Below, piece by piece: positions 24,773 to 34,653 of a stretch of DNA of 51,910 bases (within the stretch, counting starts at the first letter, position 1; every line of letters begins with the position of its first letter). Made by a program: the position numbers and the translations under genes. The stretch covers positions 1 to 51,910 of the forward strand of contig JALHHX010000004.1 in the NCBI GenBank assembly GCA_022837245.1, written 5' to 3'. This stretch comes from Lentisphaerota bacterium. GTDB lineage: Bacteria; Verrucomicrobiota; Kiritimatiellia; RFP12; UBA3636. Below the pieces are notes generated by a model that ran no database searches, had not been told where the DNA came from, and saw nothing but the letters and a program-made list of their open reading frames with translations.

Positions 24773-26143
24773 TTAATGTGAAACTTTGCGACGAGGAGCA
24801 GTAGGCTTTTTCGCGGAGGCGGGTTTGCGGGGCTGGATGGTTTTGGCTGCAGGCTTTTTGCTGGGTTTTTTCGATGTCGTGGCTTTTGGGGGCTTTGGCG
24901 GCGGCCGGTCGTCGGAGATTGCAAGCAGGATCCCGGTCATGAGAAGCGTTGTGACAAGCGAGCTGCCGCCATGCGATATGAATGGAAGCGGTATGCCTGT
25001 GAGCGGGATGGCCTTCACGACGCCGCCGATGTTGAGAAGCGTCTGGATGCCGAGGCAGGCGGCGACTCCGGTGGCAATGGTAGCCAGATAGTGGTCGGAC
25101 GTGCGTTCGGCGATGCGGATGCCGGAAATCACTAGAGCGCAGTAGAGCAGCGCAACGCAAATGCAGCCAAGTAGGCCTAGCTCTTCCCCGATTATGATGT
25201 ATGCGAAGTCGGATTCGATGATTGGCACTACGCCGGGCGAGCCGCCCCCAAGCCCGGTTCCGAAGAATCCGCCGGTGTAGAGCGCCATCAACGCCTGAAG
25301 CGGTTGCCATCCGGCGGAGGTGGCAACATCGAAGGGATTGAGCCAAGCTGCCAGACGGGCGCGTCCACGGGACGATAGCGGAATGAGGAAATATGCCAGG
25401 ACGAAAATGGCTGAAAGGCCGCCGACGAGATACGCAGAGCGGTTTGTCACAGCATATAGCATTACTATGAGCGTGGCATTCATGAGGGCGAACATGCCCA
25501 TGTCGCCCTGAAGCGCAAGAAGCAGCATGGGCGGCGCCCAGAGCACACCGACTGTCACGATGATGTTAAGTGGCGGAAGCGGTATCCCGAGGAAACCGCG
25601 CTTAAGTAGCACGCGGTGACCGGAGAGCATGGATGCGATGAAAATTATTAGAAGCGGTTTTATGATTTCAACGGGGTTGATGTTGCCGGGAAGGAATACG
25701 GCGCCCCGGTATTTGCGGCCGGCGATAAGAACGAAGAGAATCACTGCCACCGACAGGCCGAGAAATACAAGCCAGAAAGGCTCGAGCTTGCTGATGCGAC
25801 CGTAGCGTCCGGCCCAGTAAACTCCGAGCATGATGACAATGCCTATAGGAAGCGCAAGCTGAGAGATGGAAGTTATTTGAAGAGCTTGTATTGTGCCGAT
25901 ACGATATTGCAATACAATACCAAGGCCACAAAGCGCCAGGGCGGCGGCAGGAAATGCGATCGAGCCTCGGTAGCGGAGGAGACGGAGGGCGCCGTAAACG
26001 ACCAGCAGAACGATACCGAAGATGATAGTCGGCGTAAATTGGTCGAACCCCAGCGTTGGCGTATTGGACAGGTGCACCGCGAGCAAAGAGAGCTGCAGCG
26101 GGAACACGATCATGAATGGAAATAATACGAGCCAGAGGAACAT
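24773..26143 (-). CDS. rodA: Peptidoglycan glycosyltransferase RodA (SEDS family) with a Lys/Pro-rich C-terminal tail
   Basis: SEDS motifs ESDFAYIIIGEELGLLG and GIPLPFISHGGSSL. The ATG at 26143 overlaps the mrdA stop by 1 nt (TAATG). The longer listed ORF (to 26926) is an Arg-rich out-of-context extension. Confidence 0.9.
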   Translation of the reverse strand: MFLWLVLFPFMIVFPLQLSLLAVHLSNTPTLGFDQFTPTIIFGIVLLVVYGALRLLRYRGSIAFPAAALALCGLGIVLQYRIGTIQALQITSISQLALPIGIVIMLGVYWAGRYGRISKLEPFWLVFLGLSVAVILFVLIAGRKYRGAVFLPGNINPVEIIKPLLIIFIASMLSGHRVLLKRGFLGIPLPPLNIIVTVGVLWAPPMLLLALQGDMGMFALMNATLIVMLYAVTNRSAYLVGGLSAIFVLAYFLIPLSSRGRARLAAWLNPFDVATSAGWQPLQALMALYTGGFFGTGLGGGSPGVVPIIESDFAYIIIGEELGLLGCICVALLYCALVISGIRIAERTSDHYLATIATGVAACLGIQTLLNIGGVVKAIPLTGIPLPFISHGGSSLVTTLLMTGILLAISDDRPPPKPPKATTSKKPSKKPAAKTIQPRKPASAKKPTAPRRKVSH

Positions 26144-27741
26144 TACCGAGTTCCCACCTGTGTTGCCCGAACCGCCTCGTTGGCGGCATTTTCCTCCAGC
26201 AGCGCGGCCGCTACAGGAAGCGCGGCGGCGGAGCCGAAGCCGGCGTTTTCGACTATCACGACGATGGCGATCGTGGGGTTTTCGCGCGGGGCGAAGCAGA
26301 CAAACCAAGCATGGTCCTCGCCGCCGGGATTCTGGGCGGTGCCGGTTTTGCCGCAGACGTCCAGTCCGGGGATATCGGCTTTGCGCCCCGTGCCTGTGGT
26401 GATTGCGGCACGCATAGCCTGCTGGACGCGCCGTGCGGTGGCGCGGGAGAAGAGCATGCCATAATCCTCGACAGGATCGGATTCGGCGATTCGGGGCTTT
26501 ATCATTTGCCCGTCGTTCGCAATAGCTGCCACCATCATTGCCATGTGGAGCGGGGTTGTTGTGAGGCGTCCTTGTCCGATCGAGAGTTGCGAGAGCTCGC
26601 GCCGTTCCCCGCTGCCTAGTTTCGGGATGTTGCCAACTTGCGATGAGACTACACCATTTGTGCCTGTGAAGATTGGGACGCGCGAGTTGAAGCGGAGGCG
26701 CTCCGCCATGTTGTTGAAGGCAACGATGCCGCATTGCACGCCGGCATTGGCAAAATAGGAGTTGGATGATTTCGCGAACGCGGTGTCTAGATCGAGCGTG
26801 CCGAAACCGGGCCAGTTGAGGCCGCGCCGTTCGTACGCGTAGTATTCGTGGTCGCGGATTGGCCGGCGGGCACCGGGGGGATAGTATCCACCAGCTGGGC
26901 AGTGGATGTTCAACGGGATGCCGCATTCGACGGCGAGGCCGGCGATGGCGATTTTAAACGTCGACCCGGGCGGATAGCGCCCGTGCAGGGCACGGTTCAG
27001 AAGCGGCGAATCCGGGTCAATGTTGAGGGCGCGGTCGTAGTTGTTTGGATCGAACGAAGGAGAGGACAGAAGCACACGTATGGCACCGTCGCGCGGGTCG
27101 ATCGCGACAACCGCGCCCTTGCGCCCCTCCATCAGCGTGTGGGCGTAGGATTGCAGGTCGGCATCCAGCGTTAGGACGAGGTTTGTGCCGACGTGGCGGA
27201 CATCGCGTGTGCTATGCAGCTCGGACGAGCCTATTTTCTTCAGCGCGCTTTCGCCTTCGGGCATGTAGCCGCTGAGCAAGAAGTCGGCAGCGTTTTCAAG
27301 GCCGGTCAAACCCTCGTCTGGGTGGCGGAAGCCTACTACATGGGCGCTGGTGGCTCCGTACGGATAGTCGCGCAGACCTTTTGCCGTGGAATCGGTTTCG
27401 GCAAGGATTTTGCCATTTCTGTCGAGTATGGCGCCACGGACGAGTTTGCCGGCGGCGTTGTCGGAGCGCGGGTTGTGGCGTTCCATGGAGCGCACGAACT
27501 CGCGCGATCTGAAGCCAGCCAGTTGCCATGTTGCCTGATAAAGCTGTATTGTGCCGATGGCGGCTAAAAAAAGCACAGGAAATAGAAACAGGATGCGGTA
27601 GCGCGTGCGTGGGAGCATCGGGCTGCGCAACATGAGCATCGCGGTGAAGGTGATTGCCGCGATGCAGAACATGGCACTGAACACCGCGAGCGTCGTCCGG
27701 GTGTGCTCAGGTGTAAGGAAGTTGGTTATGGACTGCAGCAC
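26143..27741 (-). CDS. mrdA: Penicillin-binding protein 2 (elongasome transpeptidase)
   Basis: Transpeptidase motifs STFK (GSTFKIAIAG), SSN (KSSNSYF) and KTGT (GKTGTAQ). Has an N-terminal TM anchor and is coupled to rodA. Confidence 0.9.
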   Translation of the reverse strand: MLQSITNFLTPEHTRTTLAVFSAMFCIAAITFTAMLMLRSPMLPRTRYRILFLFPVLFLAAIGTIQLYQATWQLAGFRSREFVRSMERHNPRSDNAAGKLVRGAILDRNGKILAETDSTAKGLRDYPYGATSAHVVGFRHPDEGLTGLENAADFLLSGYMPEGESALKKIGSSELHSTRDVRHVGTNLVLTLDADLQSYAHTLMEGRKGAVVAIDPRDGAIRVLLSSPSFDPNNYDRALNIDPDSPLLNRALHGRYPPGSTFKIAIAGLAVECGIPLNIHCPAGGYYPPGARRPIRDHEYYAYERRGLNWPGFGTLDLDTAFAKSSNSYFANAGVQCGIVAFNNMAERLRFNSRVPIFTGTNGVVSSQVGNIPKLGSGERRELSQLSIGQGRLTTTPLHMAMMVAAIANDGQMIKPRIAESDPVEDYGMLFSRATARRVQQAMRAAITTGTGRKADIPGLDVCGKTGTAQNPGGEDHAWFVCFAPRENPTIAIVVIVENAGFGSAAALPVAAALLEENAANEAVRATQVGTR

Positions 27742-27762
27742 GTGTGTGCGGCTCCTGGCTTG

Positions 27763-28965
27763 TTATTTCGAGCTTCGGCGGCGGTACATGGCACGCGCGT
27801 CGGGCGTGAGCGCCGGGTTCGCGAGCAGGCGGCATTCGATTCTGCCGCTATAGAAAGACCCGCGGTCTTCGGCGACGATGCCGGCGATTTCCGCGATCTC
27901 GGGGCTGCCTGTGAAGATAAAACCGTCGTATGAGGAGGCGTTGTCTTCGAGAAACACGCCTATATCGGCATAGGTGTCGCGCAGGAGCATTGGGTCTCCC
28001 ATGCGGTCGCCGTATGGCGGATTAACCAGTATAACGCCACGCTCTGTAGTTTCGGGAACAGAACTCATCGCGACATCCGCAACCTCGCAGCGTATGCGGC
28101 CTTCGGCTCCTGCGGCCTGGGCGTTTGCAAGTGTTGCCTCAACCATTCTGGGGTCGATGTCGCTCGCTATGATTTCGCACGGAATGGTTTTGTCAGGCTC
28201 GTACGCCTTGACGGCATCGGCCTTGACTTTGGTCCAGAGCGAAGGCTCGTAGCAGGCAAGGTGCATGAAGGCGAAATTCTCGCGCGTGAGCGCCGGAGCG
28301 CGGTTTTGCGCGATCCATAGCGCTTCGATGGCAATCGTGCCGCCACCACACATAGGGTTTAGGAAATTCGTGCGTCCGTTCCAGCCTGTGGCCTTAACCA
28401 GCGCGGCGGCGAGTGATTCACGCATTGGAGCATCAGATGATTCCAAGCGGTAGCCGCGGAAGCTGAGCGACTCGCCGGTGGTGTCAATGTAGATTGAGGC
28501 GCGGTCGTCCACCCAATGCAGGAAGAGGCACGCCTGGTCGCGTTCGTTGCCGGAATCGGGGCGGCGTCCGAACTTCCCGCGCAGGCGGTCGACCACTGCG
28601 TCTTTCACCTTGAGCGAGGCGTAGCGCGTGTCGAGGATCGTCGTATTTTCGACGGTTCTATCTACGGAGAAATAACCGTCTGGCTGGATGTAGCGTTCCC
28701 AAGGAATTTCGACGAGCGAGTTATAGAGGTTATTGGCGTTGCGCGCGCGGAAACGGTCGAGCGTATAGAGAACGCGGTGGGCGGTGCGCAGCTTCATGTT
28801 GAGCGTCATGCAGTCGGCAAGCGTGCCCTCTGTCTCGACGGCACATGACGACTCCCACGCGACGCGGAATCCCAACTCGCGCACTTCGTCGGCCAGAAAA
28901 TGTCCGATACCGGCGGAGCAGGTTATGACGATTACGCTCGGCTCCCCGTCGAAGACTCCACTCAT
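27763..28965 (-). CDS. THUMP-domain class I SAM-dependent RNA methyltransferase (RlmL/YpsC-like)
   Basis: N-terminal THUMP-like region. Methyltransferase core with MCGGGTIAIEA and the catalytic NPPYG (LVNPPYGDRMG). ATGA overlap with the aconitase stop. Confidence 0.85.
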   Translation of the reverse strand: MSGVFDGEPSVIVITCSAGIGHFLADEVRELGFRVAWESSCAVETEGTLADCMTLNMKLRTAHRVLYTLDRFRARNANNLYNSLVEIPWERYIQPDGYFSVDRTVENTTILDTRYASLKVKDAVVDRLRGKFGRRPDSGNERDQACLFLHWVDDRASIYIDTTGESLSFRGYRLESSDAPMRESLAAALVKATGWNGRTNFLNPMCGGGTIAIEALWIAQNRAPALTRENFAFMHLACYEPSLWTKVKADAVKAYEPDKTIPCEIIASDIDPRMVEATLANAQAAGAEGRIRCEVADVAMSSVPETTERGVILVNPPYGDRMGDPMLLRDTYADIGVFLEDNASSYDGFIFTGSPEIAEIAGIVAEDRGSFYSGRIECRLLANPALTPDARAMYRRRSSK

Positions 28966-30917
28966 TCAGCGCCACCCTGCTTCTGTTTCGAAGCGATCTG
29001 CTTCATCAGGCCGCCTGCGAGAACGATCGCCTTTTGCCTCTCGGAGAGCTTGGTGACAACCTCAAAAGACGTGTTCTTGGTGGTGTTGCGGACCACAAGC
29101 CCGCCGTCGCCGCGCACTGCGTCCGCAATGCCTTCGAACTCAAGCGCGTCGCCGGCTTCGACGCCGTCGTATGCGGCGGGGTTGCTGAAGGTGAACGGCA
29201 CGATTCCAAAATTGACCAGGTTTGCGAAGTGGATGCGCTCCATGCTTTTCGCGATCACGGCGCGCACACCCAGATACATGGGGCACATGGCAGCGTGTTC
29301 GCGGCTGGAGCCCTGTCCGTAGCTTTCACCGGCAATGATTACGTTTGCGAGCCCCTTTTCTTTGTTGGCGAGCGCCTTGTCGTGGAATTTGGGATCGACC
29401 GGCTCGAACACGTATTTCGAATACTCGGGGATGTTGGAGCGGTATTTAAGGCGCGAACCCGCGGGCATGATGTGGTCAGTCGTGATCTTGTCGCCTACTT
29501 TTATAGCCGCCACGCCGCGCATCGATGGAGCGAGCGGCTCGCCGGCTGGGACTTTGCCGATGTTGGGGCCGCGCACTATTTCGGCATCCGGCACGCCCTT
29601 GGAGGCAGTGTCGCGGAAGAGGAACATCGAATCATCGATAATGAATTCAGACGGTATTGCCACAGCGGGGGCCGTTTCGACTGTGGTGGGATCGGTGATT
29701 ACGCCAGTGAGCGCCGCCGCGGCCGCCGTTTCGGGGCTTACCAGGTAAACCTGCGCCGATTTAGTGCCTGAGCGGCCTTCGAAGTTTCGATTGCTTGTGC
29801 GCAGCGACACGGCATTCGTGCCTGGCGACTGGTTTAAGCCGATGCAGAAGCCGCAGGCGTTCTCCAGGATGCGCACGCCCGCAAGCACGAGTTCGCCGAG
29901 CAGCCCTTCTTTCGCAAGATGCAGGACCACCTGGCGTGAGCCAGCGGCGATGCCGACTGAAACGTTTGGGTTGATTTTCTTGCCCTTGAGCAAAAGGGCG
30001 ACGGTCTTCAAATCGCGGTAAGAGGAGTTAGTGCAGGAACCTATGAGCACCTGATTCACCTTTTTGCCGGCAAGAGACGAGATCGCCATGACGTTCGCCG
30101 GGTTGTGCGGCCCTGCGGCGAGCGGCACGATTTCAGAAAGATTTAGTTCGAACACCTCGGCGTATTTCGCATCTGGGTCGGCCTTGATCTCGACCCAGTC
30201 CTCTTCGCGCCCCTGAGCGGCGAGGAACCGGCGCGTAACATCGTCGCTGGGGAATACCGAAGTCGTGACGCCCAGCTCCGTGCCCATGTTCGTGATCGTG
30301 GCACGTGAAGGCACATCGAGCGTGGCGACGCCTTCGCCTGCGTATTCCATCACCCTGCCGACATTACCGGATGAGCCGTAGCGCTCGAGGACCTTGAGGA
30401 TCACATCCTTCGCCGAAACCCCGGGACGCAGCTTGCCTGTGAGGTTCACCTTAACCACTTTTGGAGCCGCTAGATAGAACGCGCCGCCGCCCATTGCCAC
30501 GGCAACATCGAGACCTCCGGCGCCGATTGCGATCATGCCGATACCGCCGCCGGTGGGCGTATGCGAATCCGAGCCGATAAGCGTTTTTCCGGGTTTGCCG
30601 AAGCGTTCGAGGTGTAGCTGGTGGCATATGCCGTTACCGGCACGAGAGAATATAATGCCGTATTTGCGAGCCACCGACTGCAGGTAAGCATGGTCGTCGG
30701 CGTTCTCGAAGCCAGTCTGGTCCGTGTTGTGATCCACGTAGCTGACGGACACCTCCGTTTGCACCTTGTCGACGCCCATGCTTTCGAACTGCAGGTAAGC
30801 CATCGTGCCAGTGGCATCCTGTGTCAGGGTCTGGTCGATTTTTATGGCTACCTCCGAGCCCGGCTCGAGTTTGCCGGATAGGAGGTGTGCGTTTAGAATT
30901 TTTTCAGTGATATTCAT
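28962..30917 (-). CDS. acn: Aconitate hydratase (short, roughly 650-aa type)
   Basis: N-terminus MNITEKIL..H...G. Fe-S ligand regions DSHT, GSCTNSS and NACGFCIG. Swivel domain with GESYGQGSSREHAA. Confidence 0.9.
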   Translation of the reverse strand: MNITEKILNAHLLSGKLEPGSEVAIKIDQTLTQDATGTMAYLQFESMGVDKVQTEVSVSYVDHNTDQTGFENADDHAYLQSVARKYGIIFSRAGNGICHQLHLERFGKPGKTLIGSDSHTPTGGGIGMIAIGAGGLDVAVAMGGGAFYLAAPKVVKVNLTGKLRPGVSAKDVILKVLERYGSSGNVGRVMEYAGEGVATLDVPSRATITNMGTELGVTTSVFPSDDVTRRFLAAQGREEDWVEIKADPDAKYAEVFELNLSEIVPLAAGPHNPANVMAISSLAGKKVNQVLIGSCTNSSYRDLKTVALLLKGKKINPNVSVGIAAGSRQVVLHLAKEGLLGELVLAGVRILENACGFCIGLNQSPGTNAVSLRTSNRNFEGRSGTKSAQVYLVSPETAAAAALTGVITDPTTVETAPAVAIPSEFIIDDSMFLFRDTASKGVPDAEIVRGPNIGKVPAGEPLAPSMRGVAAIKVGDKITTDHIMPAGSRLKYRSNIPEYSKYVFEPVDPKFHDKALANKEKGLANVIIAGESYGQGSSREHAAMCPMYLGVRAVIAKSMERIHFANLVNFGIVPFTFSNPAAYDGVEAGDALEFEGIADAVRGDGGLVVRNTTKNTSFEVVTKLSERQKAIVLAGGLMKQIASKQKQGGAE

Positions 30918-31131
30918 CGATTCCTCCGCTTTCTGCAGGTGTGCGGGTGCGGTATGGTGTATTAAGAGGTGTTTTAGGGTACATTATGCTGGTGTAAAAG
31001 TCCATTCTTTTCACCACAGGAAAAAAACAGGGGAAAAAGAAATAATTCAGAAAAAAGGGAGATTACACCGTAAACAGGCCAAGAACTCGCTAATGCGCCC
31101 CCGGAAAGTGGCGCATGAAGAACAAGTGTCG

Positions 31132-31162
31132 CCAACATTCTTCAGCGTCAATGTTGGTTTTT
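31132..31162 (+). terminator. Plus-strand-oriented hairpin plus T5 with no plus-strand gene upstream
   Basis: CCAACATT (31132-31139), 10-nt loop, AATGTTGG (31150-31157), TTTTT (31158-31162). It lies between two minus-strand genes. On the minus strand the hairpin is preceded by A5 but not followed by a U-tract. Confidence 0.35.
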
Positions 31163-31187
31163 GGTCGGCTTTGTCGCTGTTGGTTGC

Positions 31188-34100
31188 TTACCTGAATATT
31201 ATCATCGTCTCGTTCGGGGGTGGGAGGTGTTCATATACACCGATCTCCACCGAGGAGCCGATGATCCGATCCATGCCGAGCGGATCATCGGCTCCGGCCA
31301 TCCAGTCTAGGACTTCCCCCGCGTCGATGCACGGCGAATGGTTGGCCAGACGGAAGTCGGACGAACCCACATTGTAGAACATCGGGGCTGCGCTGATAGA
31401 GTTTGTCGTCGAGTATTTGTCGTTACCTATGTCTATGGCCAAATTAGCGGACGGGTTGCCGTGGAGGTTGTTGTAGCGGTCAACAAGTACATCCATCCAA
31501 TCGTTGTCAGAGTTTATACCATATTGCGCGTTGTTAGCGGAAATCGTGTTGCGCACGGTCATGCCGGAACGCGGCGACAAGACAATGCCGCTTTTGTTTG
31601 CGTAAACAACGCAGTTCTCCACGATGCCGCCGCCCGTGTCAACCCCGCTCTGGATTCCGTTGCCCAGATTGCGATAAATTTCAGATTCGCGAATGGTGAA
31701 ATCCGAACCGCGCCTATAAAACCACTCATATCCTGCGGGAGCCGGTTGGTTGTGATCGTAGTTGAAACCAATTCCGCTGTTTTCGCGTATGATGCTGCGA
31801 AAGACCTGGTCTAGTCCGCACCCGGAGAAGTTAAGACCGGCCCCCGTGTTATTGGCGACAACGCAACGGTCGAATGAGTTTGCTGGACTAAAGTTCTCGC
31901 CATGGATTCCATTAACGCCATTCGTCAAGACGGAGACATCGTTGAAAACGCCGCCGCCAGACTTGCTAAGCCAAACCCCATGGCCACCGTTGCCGGCGAT
32001 AATGGTGTTTTCCATACCATTGGCTGGCGAGTTGGTAGAGGCAACGCCGTTGCGGCTGTTCCCGATGATTGTCAGATTCTTAAACTGATTTCCGTACGAG
32101 CCAGACAATGCCACGCCGTCCACGGCGTTGCGTATATCGAAGCCTTCGAGAGTTACCGACTCTACCGCCTGGAGCTTGACGGCATAGGGAAGCGATCCGC
32201 CGCCGTCTATTATGGCGGTTCCGCCGTCGGAGCGCACCGCGACCCCCGACTTTGTGAATACGACTTCCTGCTCATAGGTCCCCGGCTGGACAAGAATGGT
32301 GTCGCCTCGCTCCGCAACGTCGGCGGCTCGCTGAATTGTAAGAAAAGCCCCGCCAGCCGCGTTTACCAGCCCGGAGCTGGAGTCGTCGCCGTCTGTTCTA
32401 ACATAATACGTTTCCTGTGAGGGCAAGTCCAATGGCTCCCCGGCCGGGTACACGCCGATGTGTCGGCCGTCGTTCCCGGCGTTAAGGCAAGCTGAAGTTT
32501 CGTACAGACGGAAATCGCCTGCGAATGGATCGACGAAAAGCGGATTGCCGGTGACAGAGTGTCCCCCGATGTTGTCGCCCGCATGCGACCTGTACAGATA
32601 TTCGCCCGCGTTTCCGAAAATCAGGTTGTAGTCGGCGGTAAGCGGTGTGCTCGACTCCCAGTCGTTAGCCTTCGCGAAGGCCGGTCCGAGATTGCCGGCG
32701 ATGATTGTGTTGCGCACGCTGACCGACGCGCGAGGATCTTGAAACACTCCGGCGTACCGGTTGCCGAATACTACGCCGTTCTCAACCAGCCAGCCTCCGT
32801 TGTCAACGCCAAGATGAATGCCGAAGCCGGAGTTGGAATGCACACGGCACTCGCGTATAACACCGTAGTCACCATCGCCGTTACCATCGGATTTCAGTCC
32901 ATCCCGCAAGTTGCTGTGCAGGTTGCATCCAATAAGAGAAAACCACGCACTGCCGTTGATAAGGTGCACGCCATCCTCAATAGCATTGCGAATTTCGAAA
33001 CCCTCGATAGAAATATAGTCCGCTTTGTCGAGCCTGAATCCAGAGGAACGCACGCCCCCGCCATCAACAACGGGGGTCTCTCCTGATTTTGCGACGATGC
33101 GGTTCGCCTTTCCCGCAGTCCCCGAATGGGCGGAATTCAGCGACACCATTTCCGGATACGTGCCGCCGGCGACAATAACCATGTTGCTTGCTGTAGCATA
33201 GAAGACCGGGTCGTCAACACCTTCTTGTATGGTCCGGTAGGCAGTTTCCCAAGATATCCCGTCAAATACTGGACCCGGCGATGCGGTATCGACGTAAACA
33301 ATGCCACCATCGACCGCAGTCGGTGCAGGACGGTTTGTAATCGTGACAGTCGCAACCCCCGGAGGTGTAATCTGGTAGCTCCCCTCGTCGAGCGTCAGAA
33401 CGACAGTCGTGTCACTCTGAGAACTCCAGTCGTTTATAGCGGCAACTGTGACTGTGGCCGACGAAACGCCTGACGGCAATGTTACCCCAACACCCAAAGT
33501 CCCCGCATAGTTCACACCCGGTACGGCCGTACCACCAACTGAATACGGAACAAACATTGAAAAATTAGCCGCAGTTTCGGGACGAGTGATTGTGAAAGAG
33601 CCATAAACCGGCCCTATTTCAGAGGCCTGAGTCGTCGCTTCCGCTGAAATCTCTCCGGTTATTAGCACTGCCGTTTCTTCCGTCCAGACCGTCTCAACCT
33701 CGTTGCTGGCGGCGAAACGGAAGAAATAGGCGGTGTTTGCCGAGAGCCCGGTCAGCTCGTATGTAAAGTCCCCGGGGTTTTGCGGAGCGGCCAAAACAGC
33801 TGAATTAGCCCATGATGAAGCATTTGTTCCGCCATCGGCCGTCCCCCAATATATGGAAACCGCCGTTGATGCAGTACCGGTAGATGTGAGCAAACCTTTG
33901 ATCCATGCGGACGATAGCGTGACATTTGTCGCAGGTAGCGTTTCAATATTGAGCGGGGGAATTGCCGGGATGCTTTCAACACCTACAAATTCTATCTCAC
34001 GATAGCCGACGTGACCGTTCTCCTGAGCACCGAAATTGATACGCAAGGAGTGGACGTTCTGGGCAATCGGACCACCGACCGCAGTGTAACGGACAAGAGC

Positions 34101-34556
34101 TGTAGACGTTCCGCCTTCGTAGTTTACGGCCGTGCCGGGTATGACGATAAAGGTTGTGGGATCGTTTGCCGTGGAACAGGCAAGACTAGTCACTGTGATG
34201 TTATCACGTCCGGAATCCGCCCAACCAGAGTAGAGATTGACTCCAGTGATATCGTAGCCCAGTTCCGCATTCCCCAGAGCATAAGTCAGCACGGCGTTGT
34301 CGCCGATCGTATAGGTGTTCGCTTTGTCGTGGATAATTGAGCCATCGGTCAATTTTGTCACAGGGCCAGTGCTTTCTGCCCCTGCGGCGCCGTTCGCCAC
34401 CGCGCTGGGCTCCATGCCGGCAATCAAGTTGCCTTCCGCCGACGTGAACGAGTACGTGTTGGTCGTTGAAATGGATATAGTGCCGACCTCTGCCTTTGCA
34501 CAGATTACGGCGACAAACGAAATCATGAATCCAAGTATTTGAACTGTTTTTTTCAT
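31188..34556 (-). CDS. Secreted multidomain protein: jelly-roll (discoidin-like) domain, FN3-like domain, Calx-beta-like domain, then two right-handed parallel beta-helix modules
   Basis: Signal peptide MKKTVQILGFMISFVAVICAKA (ATG at 34556). Beta-helix module openers YVDTASPG...YRTIQEGV and TYYVRTDGDDSSSG...AFLTIQRAADVAERGDTILVQPGTYE. Repeated NxxxGxG rungs. C-terminus DFRLANHSPCIDAG...VEIGVYEHLPPPNETMIIFR. Confidence 0.85.
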   Translation of the reverse strand: MKKTVQILGFMISFVAVICAKAEVGTISISTTNTYSFTSAEGNLIAGMEPSAVANGAAGAESTGPVTKLTDGSIIHDKANTYTIGDNAVLTYALGNAELGYDITGVNLYSGWADSGRDNITVTSLACSTANDPTTFIVIPGTAVNYEGGTSTALVRYTAVGGPIAQNVHSLRINFGAQENGHVGYREIEFVGVESIPAIPPLNIETLPATNVTLSSAWIKGLLTSTGTASTAVSIYWGTADGGTNASSWANSAVLAAPQNPGDFTYELTGLSANTAYFFRFAASNEVETVWTEETAVLITGEISAEATTQASEIGPVYGSFTITRPETAANFSMFVPYSVGGTAVPGVNYAGTLGVGVTLPSGVSSATVTVAAINDWSSQSDTTVVLTLDEGSYQITPPGVATVTITNRPAPTAVDGGIVYVDTASPGPVFDGISWETAYRTIQEGVDDPVFYATASNMVIVAGGTYPEMVSLNSAHSGTAGKANRIVAKSGETPVVDGGGVRSSGFRLDKADYISIEGFEIRNAIEDGVHLINGSAWFSLIGCNLHSNLRDGLKSDGNGDGDYGVIRECRVHSNSGFGIHLGVDNGGWLVENGVVFGNRYAGVFQDPRASVSVRNTIIAGNLGPAFAKANDWESSTPLTADYNLIFGNAGEYLYRSHAGDNIGGHSVTGNPLFVDPFAGDFRLYETSACLNAGNDGRHIGVYPAGEPLDLPSQETYYVRTDGDDSSSGLVNAAGGAFLTIQRAADVAERGDTILVQPGTYEQEVVFTKSGVAVRSDGGTAIIDGGGSLPYAVKLQAVESVTLEGFDIRNAVDGVALSGSYGNQFKNLTIIGNSRNGVASTNSPANGMENTIIAGNGGHGVWLSKSGGGVFNDVSVLTNGVNGIHGENFSPANSFDRCVVANNTGAGLNFSGCGLDQVFRSIIRENSGIGFNYDHNQPAPAGYEWFYRRGSDFTIRESEIYRNLGNGIQSGVDTGGGIVENCVVYANKSGIVLSPRSGMTVRNTISANNAQYGINSDNDWMDVLVDRYNNLHGNPSANLAIDIGNDKYSTTNSISAAPMFYNVGSSDFRLANHSPCIDAGEVLDWMAGADDPLGMDRIIGSSVEIGVYEHLPPPNETMIIFR

Positions 34557-34653
34557 GTAACACCCCATCTGTTTTGTTGTTGCGTGGAATCCAATAATGC
34601 TCCGCATGATACTGTTGGTAGGTGGAAAAGAGATAGCTTAACTTTTGAGAAAA

